This document shows, piece after piece, positions 1-8,983 of a DNA stretch of 64,000 bases; positions within the stretch are counted from its first letter, which is position 1, and every line of letters starts with the position of its first letter. The stretch comes from Blastocatellia bacterium (lineage in GTDB: Bacteria > Acidobacteriota > Blastocatellia > RBC074): NCBI GenBank assembly GCA_046331565.1, contig JAXLQP010000001.1:2158347-2222346 (forward strand). Direction: 5' to 3'. A program made the position numbers and the translations under genes. The notes beneath the pieces are model-generated. The model saw nothing but the letters and a program-made list of their open reading frames with translations. It did no database searches and had not been told where the DNA came from.

Positions 1-430
1 TCGAGCAGAAACGGTTCATCATTCACCAGCGCCTCAACCAGCGCGACGGCCTGCGCCAGCAGATACCTCGCGCCCTGCTCGGCCTTGTATTCGATGGCCA
101 CGCGATACCAGCCGGGCTGTCCCGCCGCGCGAGTCTTGCCGTGACTGGCCGGAATGCCGCACTGCGAGGCCAGTTCCAGCGCGACGTGCTCGACGATGTG
201 ACCGAAGTAAGTGCCTTCATCAAGTCGCTCAAGCAGGCCGCCTGCGCTGCCTTTCGCGCAATGATGATCAGCCAGGCCGGGCAGCAGTTTCAGCAGTCGT
301 TCATTGAAGCCGGAAAGCTCGCAGCTTTCACGGCCAGCCAGTCGTTCCAGATCAAGCAGCATTAAAAGAACAGGACGATGACTGTAAATGTTCGGTCCCG
401 CCAGGGTGCGGATTTCACCGATTCTCATTG
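1..430 (-). CDS. cphA: Cyanophycin synthetase CphA, N-terminal fragment. The gene continues beyond the window start and is absent from the ORF track because it runs off the edge.
   Basis: Own translation of the minus strand from ATG (complement 428-430): MRIGEIRTLAGPNIYSHRPVLLMLLDLERLAGRESCELSGFNERLLKLLPGLADHHCAKGSAGGLLERLDEGTYFGHIVEHVALELASQCG... This matches the conserved CphA N-terminus pattern (LRGPNxWS..LDLE..PGF.E.L..LP.L.EH.C...GGFLERV.EGT..GHVVEHVALEL). Confidence 0.6.
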
Positions 431-567
431 AGTTTTTTCTCCGAAAATTAATCACCTTCCAGCCCGCTCAGGGCGCAGACAGTTGAGCAAGCTTAATGCC
501 AGCCTGCATCGTGCCGCCGTGCCCGGCGCGCTGGCATATCACTTGATTCAGAATCAGTGGAGGAAAT

Positions 568-954
568 ATGAGCAAAACCGCTAAGAAAAAAGTCGCAGAA
601 ACACGCCCTGATCAGACCGGCGTGACTGATCCTGAAGCTGCCCGCAAGGATCTGATGGCTGAAGCCGGTGGTCGCAAACTTGAGCAGGAAATGGAAGAGT
701 ACAATTCAGTCAGCCCTGAACTGACCGCCGGAGATATTGACGCTGACTGGCAGGGGGCCGAAGACAGCGGCGAGGAAACTCCGGGCGGTGACGTTCCCAC
801 GCCTGATCAGGACAACATTGATGAACTCGGTCGCGCCGTCGGACTGGAGTTTCAGGACAACCAGGAACTGGAGACTCACGATGAAGTGCTGGCCAGGCGC
901 GACCGCCATCGCTGGGAACTCAATCGCAGTTCGACTGATGGCGATTCCATCTGA
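568..954 (+). CDS. Hypothetical acidic protein (128 aa).
   Basis: ATG preceded by GGAGG about 7 nt upstream. The ORF is followed by a strong intrinsic terminator. No recognisable domain. Confidence 0.5.
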   Translation: MSKTAKKKVAETRPDQTGVTDPEAARKDLMAEAGGRKLEQEMEEYNSVSPELTAGDIDADWQGAEDSGEETPGGDVPTPDQDNIDELGRAVGLEFQDNQELETHDEVLARRDRHRWELNRSSTDGDSI

Positions 955-985
955 ATTACGCGCCTGCCGAATCGCAAGCCGGAAT

Positions 986-1020
986 GCAGTCCCGGAAAGA
1001 TAATCCGGGACTGCATTTTT
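986..1020 (+). terminator. Rho-independent terminator.
   Basis: gcagtcccgg-aaagataat-ccgggactgc, a perfect 10-bp stem, followed by attttt. Confidence 0.6.
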
Positions 1021-1072
1021 GCGTCTGCTGTCAGGATGGGTTGATGATGAATGGCGAAAAAATGTCCGGCAG

Positions 1073-1155
1073 TGTTGCGCGATTTGCCAGAATCGCGCGG
1101 TATCCATCATCAGCCCGTTGAGCGGGCCGCGCGATTCTGGCAAATCGCGCAACAC
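1073..1155. repeat. MITE-like palindromic element, family A, copy 1.
   Basis: 28-bp inverted arms gtgttgcgcgatttgccagaatcgcgcg ... cgcgcgattctggcaaatcgcgcaacac. Near-identical copies lie at 30909-30992 and 32295-32378. Track ORF 706..1215(-) is a translation artifact of this element. Confidence 0.7.
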
Positions 1156-1208
1156 TCGCGTTTTCTGTTCACCGGACTGAACTTCGATCTGATTGGTTTT
1201 CCATTCTG

Positions 1209-1263
1209 AAAACAAAACAGCGAGTCCGGTAAATCATCTGATTTACCGGACTCGCTGTTTTTG
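1209..1263. terminator. Bidirectional terminator hairpin between convergent genes.
   Basis: acagcgagtccggtaaat..atttaccggactcgctgt, flanked by aaaacaaaac on one side and ttttt on the other. Confidence 0.55.
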
Positions 1264-1302
1264 TGACCGTTCGCCTGAGCGGAGACAGCGCCACTGTTTT
1301 AG

Positions 1303-1716
1303 TTAGGAATGCGCCGTATGTCCGCCTTCGGTTGGAATGTGTGTAGTGTGTGGAGCGCGCGCAAATGCGCCAGCGAGGAAAATTATGCCCAGAATGACGT
1401 GTACCACATTATCCGGCGTCATCGAATTCATCGCGCCCGGCGCTTCGTGGGCATTAACCAGGGCCGCAACGGTGGCCGGTGAAGCGAATCCAATAATGCC
1501 CAGCAGCAGGTAAATCACGCCGAAAATAATGCTGAACGTGCGGGCGGCGGTATATGAAGCGGCGAAACCAAAATATAACGCCAGCACACCGCTGATCAGA
1601 TGAATGATGTTGTGCATGCCTGAGAGATGCATCCCCATCAGGTTCGGAGCCGCATAGCCCAGCAAGCCAACCAGAATAAAGACCACGCCCAGAATTTTAC
1701 AGATTGTTCTGGCCAT
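1303..1716 (-). CDS. DUF4383-like small membrane protein.
   Basis: 4 predicted TM helices. RBS AGGAGGAA upstream of ATG. Similarity to DUF4383 membrane proteins is from memory. Confidence 0.5.
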   Translation of the reverse strand: MARTICKILGVVFILVGLLGYAAPNLMGMHLSGMHNIIHLISGVLALYFGFAASYTAARTFSIIFGVIYLLLGIIGFASPATVAALVNAHEAPGAMNSMTPDNVVHVILGIIFLAGAFARAPHTTHIPTEGGHTAHS

Positions 1717-2416
1717 AATTCCTCCTTCTCCACATTACTCAGGGGCTGCATTAAAAAAAAGAAATGGCTGCCTGAACTTGTGGTCGCCCTCCCCATGACG
1801 ACTACTAACTCAGGCAGCCGCTCCACTCACGACGGAAAGGAACTTACTCCCCCACAAGTTCCAGTGAATGCAATGTTGCATTCGTTCCGTACCTGAGCCT
1901 GACCAGAATCGCAAATGAATCGGTCGCCCTTACTTCAGCAACTGCCATGCCACCGCTGCCCGCATCGAACGAAACGCTAACCCTTCTGAAATCACTTCAT
2001 CTTTACTGCCTCGCAACCGATTTGCACTGCCGTGCGCAAAGTGATGAATCGAACAGATGCAGCACGCTGTATCACTCGACAGCACAGTGTACTGTCAGGC
2101 ATACGCCGGGCCGGTGCAGCGTTTTCTGCCCTGCAACAGCCGGATCAATCAGATCTGATTCGAGGCCGGAGCCGGGGGCCGCGAGGATTGTGAAATTCCG
2201 GCATTTCGCGCCACCTGACTCTGATCTCAAATCAGGTCTGGTAATCGTCATCTGTGGCTTTCGGCTTGCTGGGTTAACAAATCGTTCACCTGTTGAGTGA
2301 CGACGCTGCCAGTCAATAAATCAGTCATTGAAACGATCACTGTGACAACTGGCAATTGCTGCGGCGGGTGATGATAAATTCAAACTCATCGCTGATGAAT
2401 ACCAACCGGAGGAGTT

Positions 2417-3676
2417 ATGTCACGCGGACAAATCAAAATGTGGATGCTCAGAAAAATGATTGCAGGCATGCTGCGAACTGACCGTGATCGCAACCCGGCG
2501 AACGAACTGCTCGCCCTGGGCGTGGCGGCTGGCGCGGGCGCCGGGCTGATGTACCTGCTTGATCCTGATCGCGGCAGGCGGCGGCGCGCCGTGTTGCGTG
2601 ATGCGGCAGTTCGTTCGGCAAGTGACATCGGTTGTGCGGTCACGACCAGTTCGCGTGATCTGACCAATCGCGTCAAAGGGCTGGCGGCGATCACTTCGGC
2701 GGCCTTCACACACGACGAAGCTGATGATGAAGTCATCCGCGCGCGTGTCAGAGCCAGACTGGGCCGCGTGGTTTCGCACCCCGGCGCCATCGAAGTCAGC
2801 GTTCACAATGGCCGGGTCACCCTGGCGGGCGCAGTGCTGGCCAGCGAAGCCGATGAATTACAGTCCGCTGTGTCAGCCGTGCGCGGCGTCACCGAAGTCA
2901 GCAGTCGGTTGCAGGTACACCAGCACGCCGGTGATGTGCCGTCATTGCAGGGCGGGCGCCAACGCCAGAGCGAAGGGTCTGCGTTATGGCACAGGCAGTG
3001 GTCACCGGCGATGCGCCTGGTTTCAACCCTGACCGGCGGCGCGCTGATGGGCGTGTGTCTGCGCCGTCGTGATGCCGTCGGCGTGGCGCTTGGCACGGCT
3101 GGCTTCTTTCTGACGCTGCGCGCCACGACCAACCTGGAAATGAAACGGCTGCTTGGCGTGGGCGGAGGCTGTCGCGCCTTTGATGTCTGCAAAACAGTCA
3201 ACATCAACGCGCCGGTCGAGCAGGTCTTTGAGTACTGGACGAATTACGAAAACTTTCCGCACTTCATGCACAATGTTCGCGCCGTCCGCGATCTGGGCAA
3301 CAGCCGTTCCCGCTGGACTGTCGCCGGTCCCGCCGGAGTTCCGGTGGAATGGAACGCCATCATCACCGATTACGAACCCGGTCACCTGCTGGCCTGGAAA
3401 AGCGAACCCGGATCAATCATCAGAAATGCGGGCCTGATTCATTTTGAATCGAACGGCGATCAGCAGACGCGGGTCACGATCAGAATGTCGTACAACCCGC
3501 CCGCCGGAGCCTTTGGTCACGCCCTCGCACGCTTGCTCGGCGCTGATCCGAAACACGAAATTGATCAGGATATGATTCGCCTGAAAACGATGATTGAAAC
3601 CGGACATCCACCACACGATGCCGCGCAGCCCATCACTGAAGCAGCCTTCAGCGCGCGTGGCATGCAGCAGCGATAA
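2417..3676 (+). CDS. BON-domain plus SRPBCC (polyketide cyclase/dehydrase-like) protein.
   Basis: BON-like segment VIRARVRARLGRVVSHPGAIEVSVHNGRVTLAGAV..AVRGVTEVSSRLQV. The C-terminal domain is paralogous to the protein at 30298..30876 (shared motifs FW.NFEN.P..M.H.., W.A.GPAG..VEW.A.IT). Confidence 0.6.
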   Translation: MSRGQIKMWMLRKMIAGMLRTDRDRNPANELLALGVAAGAGAGLMYLLDPDRGRRRRAVLRDAAVRSASDIGCAVTTSSRDLTNRVKGLAAITSAAFTHDEADDEVIRARVRARLGRVVSHPGAIEVSVHNGRVTLAGAVLASEADELQSAVSAVRGVTEVSSRLQVHQHAGDVPSLQGGRQRQSEGSALWHRQWSPAMRLVSTLTGGALMGVCLRRRDAVGVALGTAGFFLTLRATTNLEMKRLLGVGGGCRAFDVCKTVNINAPVEQVFEYWTNYENFPHFMHNVRAVRDLGNSRSRWTVAGPAGVPVEWNAIITDYEPGHLLAWKSEPGSIIRNAGLIHFESNGDQQTRVTIRMSYNPPAGAFGHALARLLGADPKHEIDQDMIRLKTMIETGHPPHDAAQPITEAAFSARGMQQR

Positions 3677-3704
3677 TGTTTTATCCACCAGGCCGAACGA
3701 AGGG

Positions 3705-3882
3705 CAGAAAGACAGGAGACAAGGAGAAGAGGAGAAGAGGAGAAAAGGGGAAAAGGGGAAGAGGAGAAAGGGAGAAGCGGGGAAAAGGAGAAAGAGAGGA
3801 CAAGGGCTGTCTGCTCTCTCTTTCTCCTCTTCTCCTTTTCTCCTCTTCTTTCTTCGTGCTTCTTCGTGTGGCTTAGTGGAGG
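3705..3882. repeat. Polypurine (GA-rich) run followed by its complementary polypyrimidine (CT-rich) run; potential long hairpin or H-DNA.
   Basis: About 95 bp gagaagaggagaaaagggg... followed by ctctcttctcctcttctccttttctcc..., lying between convergent genes. The 3' end (3853-3882, cttcgtgcttcttcgtgtggcttagtgga) recurs at 11229-11258. Track ORFs 3413..3895(-), 3594..3911(+) and 3676..3876(+) are artifacts. Confidence 0.6.
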
Positions 3883-3891
3883 AAATTCTGT

Positions 3892-4764
3892 TCAATCCCG
3901 CTCACGGCTGATCAGTAATCCGTTGCCGGGCAGTTGCCACGTCGGGCGCTCAGGGCCAAAGGGCAGCGCCAGCAGGTGCGGCAGTTTCACTTCATCTGTC
4001 CGGCGATAAGCAGGCACGCCAATCGTGATTTCACTTTGGGGCACATCCAGTCGCAGCGTGCCGTGCAGGTAATCCCACACCGTCAGCCCGCTTGACCAGT
4101 TGGCGTCAGTTTCACGCCGATAAATTGAATGATGAATGCCGTGCATGCGCGGCGTGACGATGAAACGATTCAGCCTGCGCTCGAAGCCGCGCGACAGTCT
4201 GACATTTGAATGATGAAACATCACCGACAGCATCAGCAGCGTCTGCCAGACCGATAACGCCAGCGGTGAAACGCCGATCAGCCGCACCTGCGCGGCGCGC
4301 CAGGGCACCGACAGCAGCAGCTCACCGAAATGAAAGCGCAGCGCCGTCGAAGCGTCCAGATCGAGATCAATGTGATGTACCACATGAAAACGCCACAACA
4401 ACGGCACACGATGCGTCAGGTAATGCCACACATAAAGCGTGTAATCCATCAGCGTCACGGCCAGCGGCGCTTCAATCCAGAGCGGCAGTCCGAGTTGCGG
4501 CAGTAATCCTTTGTTCCGGCGCGCCACCTGCCGCGCCAGCGGCTGCACCACAGGGCGTTCAGCCAGTTGCAGCGCGACCGCGCCGCAGGCGGCAATGGAC
4601 AGGTTGCGCGCAGCGCGCTCCGGCTTCGCTTCGACCGGATGGCGCAGCGGGCGACGCCGCTCGAACCAGACCAGCGCGCCGAATGCGCCGATGATCAGCG
4701 GCGTCGTCAGCCAGGCGGGCAAAGTGCAGGTGCTGATTTTGTTCATGACGGGCTGATGCAGCAA
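3892..4764 (-). CDS. Sterol desaturase / fatty acid hydroxylase superfamily membrane protein.
   Basis: His-box motifs HYLTH, HVVHH and HGIHH with multiple TM segments, typical of di-iron membrane hydroxylases. Confidence 0.7.
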   Translation of the reverse strand: MLHQPVMNKISTCTLPAWLTTPLIIGAFGALVWFERRRPLRHPVEAKPERAARNLSIAACGAVALQLAERPVVQPLARQVARRNKGLLPQLGLPLWIEAPLAVTLMDYTLYVWHYLTHRVPLLWRFHVVHHIDLDLDASTALRFHFGELLLSVPWRAAQVRLIGVSPLALSVWQTLLMLSVMFHHSNVRLSRGFERRLNRFIVTPRMHGIHHSIYRRETDANWSSGLTVWDYLHGTLRLDVPQSEITIGVPAYRRTDEVKLPHLLALPFGPERPTWQLPGNGLLISRERD

Positions 4765-4825
4765 CCATTATTCCAGCCCGGCTCTGGCGTGTTGCTTGCA
4801 GACCTGAACGTGAAAGGAGGCGTTA

Positions 4826-4971
4826 TGTCAGACAAGGATCGTCAGAAAAAAGACGGGCGTGACAAGAACAAAAAAAATCAGGCGCGCCGCGCGGACAATC
4901 AGCACAGTGGCGTCAAAGTGGCCGACACTGAACAGCGCGGCAAGGCGAATAAAAGTTCATCAGGATCATGA
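4826..4971 (+). CDS. Small basic protein (48 aa).
   Basis: RBS GAAAGGAGG 6 nt upstream of ATG. Stop overlaps the next gene's start (ATGA), which suggests translational coupling. Confidence 0.35.
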
Positions 4972-5243
4972 CTGAAGCCATCGGCTGGATCAGTTCAGTA
5001 ATCCTGCTGCTGACCATTGGCAAACAGGTCTGGAAGCAGTGGCAGGAAGGCTCAAGCCAGGGCGTCTCGAAGTGGCTGTTCATCGGACAGATTGCCGCTT
5101 CAACCGGCTTTTCGCTCTATAGCTGGCTGCTGCGCAATCCGATTTTTATCATCACCAATCTGCTGCTGCTTTTGAGCGCAGTGGCCGGTTTGTGCATCGT
5201 GTTGTGGCAGCGGCGGCGCACCGCGCAGCAGCGTTCGTCGTGA
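4968..5243 (+). CDS. Small membrane protein (91 aa, 3 TM; SemiSWEET/PQ-loop-like size class).
   Basis: Three hydrophobic helices. A truncated paralog remnant lies at 8331-8447. Confidence 0.4.
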   Translation: MTEAIGWISSVILLLTIGKQVWKQWQEGSSQGVSKWLFIGQIAASTGFSLYSWLLRNPIFIITNLLLLLSAVAGLCIVLWQRRRTAQQRSS

Positions 5244-5470
5244 GCCATACAGCGCGACTGGCACCGGCTTTGCTCTGTCTGTGGGCGGGATCAGCGCGAT
5301 CTCAACGACAGGGTGATTGTGAATAAACCATTCCGTCCCGATGCAGGCCGGGTGTTTCTGAAAAGAACAACCGGCTGCGCCGGGACGGGACACATTCATT
5401 CTGATCTTCATTGCACGTCAGAACAGGCCGCCACCAGCAGCAGTTACAAAATGAGCGCAGATAAGCGCTG
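5103..5470 (+). repeat. Paralogous segment A of a segmental duplication; partner at 8331-8972.
   Basis: About 300 bp near-identical to 8331-8620, plus tail homology 5441-5470 versus 8945-8972. In copy A the downstream gene is reduced to a roughly 30-bp scar. Confidence 0.7.
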
Positions 5471-5824
5471 CCCTGATTCAATCAAAACTTACCCCTGACC
5501 GGCGGAGTCCTGCCGGGTATGTGCCTGCACCTTTATGATGACATCGGCGTTACGCTTGACCGAACCCTGTTTGGCGCGTACCCTCAAAGAGTCTGCCATG
5601 TGGCAGAAAGCCATCCAGTCTGAGTGGTAGCGAGGATGACTCCACAAAATGCCACTTGTGGAATCATCTCATCATGCACAATCCAGCCAGCTACGATTTT
5701 CTTATTGACTCAGTCTTGTGCAAAAGCGCGACGGTGATCGGCGCGGCTGATTCCGGCGGTTTCCCGGTTTGAAATCTGATGACCATTCCCTGCCGACGAC
5801 GGATGAAAGAAGAGGTAAAGCATT

Positions 5825-6067
5825 ATGATACTCAGTCTGGCTGATCCCGAAGACGCAGGCCGCAGGCTGGCAGGCGGCGAACAGCCTTACGAATTCAAAA
5901 CCAGTGATTCCGGAATCCGCATTACCGGCCCCGCCTGCCAGTTCGGAGCGGAATATCTGCAACGTCGCCGGGCAAACGGATTGTTTGCCGCCACGCTCGA
6001 AGAGGCGCAGGCCATCGCGCACGCCAGAGGAATCACCATCACCGGCGTCTGGTTTGTCAAAGGGTAA
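5825..6067 (+). CDS. Hypothetical protein (80 aa).
   Basis: ORF with a purine-rich RBS; no recognised domain. Confidence 0.3.
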   Translation: MILSLADPEDAGRRLAGGEQPYEFKTSDSGIRITGPACQFGAEYLQRRRANGLFAATLEEAQAIAHARGITITGVWFVKG

Positions 6068-6117
6068 GGAGTGGATGTACTGATGCAGGTCAGGGTGAAG
6101 GAAGTTGAGGCAGGGGC

Positions 6118-6390
6118 ATGATCTTGTGTGAGTTTTGCACGATGCAGCAGGCAGGCGGATGTCGCTTCGGCCACAACACCCCGAAGAAAATGAAGTGCGC
6201 CGATTTTGCGCCGGGGATTGAGCGATTCTGCGCCACCCCGACAGATTACACCGGGCGCGACCAGTTGAAGCAGATGGCCGTCTTTTTCGGTATTTCCGGC
6301 AGGGAACTGACCCGGATTCTGACCATGCATGAAAGCTGGCAGGATGAGCGGGCTGCCGAAAACCCGGCCCGTTTATCAAATTCCAGATGA
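6118..6390 (+). CDS. Hypothetical Cys-containing protein (90 aa).
   Basis: ORF only. Confidence 0.3.
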   Translation: MILCEFCTMQQAGGCRFGHNTPKKMKCADFAPGIERFCATPTDYTGRDQLKQMAVFFGISGRELTRILTMHESWQDERAAENPARLSNSR

Positions 6391-6402
6391 AAAAGGGACA
6401 GT

Positions 6403-6714
6403 ATGTTCAGACGACATCAGCCTGATGACAGACGCAGAAAAGCACGACCGGCTGCGCCTGCCCGGCGACGACCGGCACCCGGTCGCCCGGTCACGCGTGC
6501 CATTCCTGACGATTCCGGCACCGGAGATGAAAGCCGTTATTTCACGCGGCTGATGGAAAGAGAAATCGAACTGATGATCGTCCTCAGAGCGGGCGAACAG
6601 ATTGAAGGCCGCCTGGCGTGGTATGACCGGGCCTGTCTGAAAATTGTGCCCGGCGACGGCACACCCAGTCTGATTATTCCCAGAACCAGCATCAAATATC
6701 TTTACGAAGTGTAA
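6403..6714 (+). CDS. Putative Sm-like (Hfq-like) RNA-binding protein with an R/P-rich N-terminal tail.
   Basis: C-terminal 60 aa [37 protein letters not shown]....[11 protein letters not shown] loosely follows the Hfq Sm1/Sm2 hydrophobic pattern. Weak. Confidence 0.3.
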   Translation: MFRRHQPDDRRRKARPAAPARRRPAPGRPVTRAIPDDSGTGDESRYFTRLMEREIELMIVLRAGEQIEGRLAWYDRACLKIVPGDGTPSLIIPRTSIKYLYEV

Positions 6715-6787
6715 ACCACGCACAGTTCCGTTCATTGCGTCCCGCCACCGGAACGGCGAGGCCACCGTATCTCAGGAGACGAATCAA

Positions 6788-7015
6788 GTGAAGGAAGAAA
6801 TGATCGAGATGGAAGGCCGGGTGATTGAAAAACTCCCCAATGCCAGTTTTCTGGTGGGTGTGGATATTGCCCGGCAAAAACATCAAATCACGGCGCACCT
6901 CAGCGGCAGAATGCGCAGAAATTCCATCAGGGTTCTGGTGGGCGACCGCGTCACCGTCGAACTGACACCTTATGACCTCAACAAAGGTCGCATTACCTTC
7001 CGGCATCGAAGCTGA
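6788..7015 (+). CDS. infA: Translation initiation factor IF-1.
   Basis: [61 protein letters not shown] is near-canonical IF-1. GTG start with AGGAG 9 nt upstream. Confidence 0.85.
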   Translation: MKEEMIEMEGRVIEKLPNASFLVGVDIARQKHQITAHLSGRMRRNSIRVLVGDRVTVELTPYDLNKGRITFRHRS

Positions 7016-7088
7016 CTGCCGGTTGCGGCAGCGCGCTCCGGGGTCAGGTCAGGCAACTCAGCGGCACGAGGCCGCCGGGAGATTTTCC

Positions 7089-7424
7089 ATGATATTCAAA
7101 GGCACAGTGGCCCTCAGTCAGCGCGATCTGTTTCAGAAGACGATGGCGTTGCATCATTCCGGGCAAACGGATGATGACATTGCGGCGCGGCTGGGAATCA
7201 CCTGCTCGACGGTCAGATATATCACCTCGCTCTTTCTGACCAGTCAGCACCATCCACAACGCGATCAGCACCCCCGCGTCGCATACGAACTGCGACTGGC
7301 CGGGCGCAGTTTCACCGAGATCAGCCAGATGCTGAACATCAGCCGCGCGCGCGCCCATCAACTGGTCCACAAATACGAGTGGAGTCTGCGCCGCCTCAGG
7401 CCGGGCGGGTTACGTGCACACTGA
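7089..7424 (+). CDS. Small protein with two HTH motifs (sigma-70 region-4-like).
   Basis: DDDIAARLGITCSTVRYI and GRSFTEISQMLNISRARAHQL. Start moved to internal ATG 7089 because the 6972 start overlaps infA. Confidence 0.4.
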   Translation: MIFKGTVALSQRDLFQKTMALHHSGQTDDDIAARLGITCSTVRYITSLFLTSQHHPQRDQHPRVAYELRLAGRSFTEISQMLNISRARAHQLVHKYEWSLRRLRPGGLRAH

Positions 7425-7431
7425 CTGCACA

Positions 7432-7941
7432 ATGAAGCTGACTTTATCTGAAATAAAAATGAATGTGCTGCTGTGGTGGCGGCAACGCCAGCTCAGATCC
7501 GGGAACCGGCAGACACGGCAGCGCGCCATCAGAGGCATGAGCAACTCGGCTGATCCGCGCTGGCTGGCTCCGCTGATGTCTGCCCTGCGGGATGAATCCT
7601 GGCTGGTGCGCAGGGAAGCAGCACGGGCGCTGGGCAGGATTGGTGATGCGCAATCCGTCAGGCCGCTGCTCAATCTGCTCGGTGACAGCTTTCATCCGGC
7701 CATTGCCGCGACGACGGTCAGGGCGCTCGAAAAAGTTCTCAGCCGGACGCTCACCCGGACCCTGCCTGAAGATGTCAAAGCTGCGGCGAGTCTGGGCGAT
7801 ATCAGCGGCTTCAATCGTGAGTGCCGGGTCGGTATCGCCTGGTTTTCCAGCTCAGGCAATCCGAAAGGGTGGACAGCCGATTGTTCACGCATCAGGAAGC
7901 TGGCTCAGCAGGAATTGATTCGTCGCGGGCTGAATACCTGA
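7432..7941 (+). CDS. HEAT / PBS-lyase repeat protein.
   Basis: LVRREAARALGRIGDAQSVRPLLNLLGD and similar HEAT-like units. Confidence 0.5.
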   Translation: MKLTLSEIKMNVLLWWRQRQLRSGNRQTRQRAIRGMSNSADPRWLAPLMSALRDESWLVRREAARALGRIGDAQSVRPLLNLLGDSFHPAIAATTVRALEKVLSRTLTRTLPEDVKAAASLGDISGFNRECRVGIAWFSSSGNPKGWTADCSRIRKLAQQELIRRGLNT

Positions 7942-8104
7942 GCAGTGGACGGCCTCCTTCAGCGACTCCGCTTCTGACCTGAAAGTTTCTCTCTGCATCC
8001 GGTCACGACCCCGGCCCTCCGGCCTTAACCTGAAATCCGGGACGCATCAGCCATCATCTGTGTGTCAGGTGATGCGGCAGGATGCCACCGGAAGAAAGCA
8101 TCCG

Positions 8105-8293
8105 ATGAAAAAAACCATGATTGAAAACAAGTACCATAAGGTGCTGGCTATCGCTCAGCGTGCCAGACAGCTTCAGAAAGGCGCGCGCGCGCTCGTCCAT
8201 CTCTCCGGCGCAAGATTCACGCGCATTGCCTTTGAAGAAGTTGATCGCGGGCTGATCAGCTATGACACTGGCAACGCGACGGAAAAAGACTGA
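8105..8293 (+). CDS. rpoZ: DNA-directed RNA polymerase subunit omega.
   Basis: ENKYHKVLAIAQRARQLQKGARALV...IAFEEVDRGLI matches the omega signature (AxRARQ, helix, EE..GL). Confidence 0.7.
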   Translation: MKKTMIENKYHKVLAIAQRARQLQKGARALVHLSGARFTRIAFEEVDRGLISYDTGNATEKD

Positions 8294-8330
8294 TAAAAAT
8301 GCTGACGATCAGCGAATCTGTTCATCATTA

Positions 8331-8972
8331 ACCGGCTTTTCGCTGGCATTCCGATTTTCGTCAGCAGCCTGCTGCTGTTGAGCGCGGCGGGTCGGTTTGT
8401 GCATCGTGTTGTGGCAGCGGCGGCGCACCGCGCAGCAGCGTTCGTCGTGAGCCATACAGCGCGACTGGCACCGGCTTTGCTCTGTCTGTGGGCGGGATCA
8501 GCGCGATCTCAACGACAGGGTGATTGTGAATAAACCATTCCGTCCCGATGCAGACCAGGTGTTTCTGAAAAGAACAACCGGCTGCGCCGGGACGGGACAC
8601 ATTCATTCTGATCTTCATTTCATTCCATCAGACATTCAACCACGAAAGGAACAGACCGTTATGGCTAACGCAGGCAGAATGAGTTCCAGCAAACATTTCC
8701 CGCTCGACAACCTGACCTATGATCTGATTACCGTCATTCACGAAAAATCCAAAGCGCTCGAAGCCTATGATCAGTACCTTCAGGACGCGCAGAGCAATGA
8801 ACGGGTCAGACAGTCATTTGAAAAAATTCGCAAACAGGATGAGGAATGCATCAGTGAGTTGCAGCAGCATCTGGGCTTTCTGATCGGCCAGCAGCAGCAA
8901 AGCAGCAGCACGCAGTCAGGCACGTCAAGATCGGCCACCACCGGCAGCGGCAGCTCACAAAGTGAGCGCAGA
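8331..8972 (+). repeat. Paralogous segment B of the segmental duplication. Contains a 5'-truncated copy of the 4968..5243 gene plus an intact downstream gene.
   Basis: See segment A. Track ORFs 5100..5411(-) and 8361..8618(-) give near-identical peptides because of this repeat. Confidence 0.7.
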
Positions 8973-8975
8973 TAA
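8661..8975 (+). CDS. Hypothetical protein with a Q/S-rich tail (104 aa).
   Basis: ATG at 8661 with AAAGGA RBS. Intact only in segment B. Confidence 0.45.
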   Translation: MANAGRMSSSKHFPLDNLTYDLITVIHEKSKALEAYDQYLQDAQSNERVRQSFEKIRKQDEECISELQQHLGFLIGQQQQSSSTQSGTSRSATTGSGSSQSERR

Positions 8976-8983
8976 GCGCGGCA

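Noticed and set aside
141-365. ORF 141..365(+) and 23..232(-).
   Set aside because: They overlap the cphA N-terminal coding region, which is on the minus strand and in a different frame from 23..232. The cphA reading is strongly supported by motif conservation.
706-1215. Track ORFs 706..1215(-), 30681..31160(-) and 32235..32426(+) share the peptide motif RDLPESRG..ARFWQIAQH.
   Set aside because: They are translations of the family-A palindromic MITE in three places, not a conserved protein family.
3413-3911. ORFs encoding KGEKGKRRKGE.. and PFLLFPFSPFLLF.. peptides.
   Set aside because: They are products of the GA/CT low-complexity hairpin tract.
5100-5411. ORFs 5100..5411(-) and 8361..8618(-) with near-identical peptides.
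   Set aside because: Both arise from the direct repeat (segments A/B) on the antisense strand of the small membrane-protein gene or its remnant.
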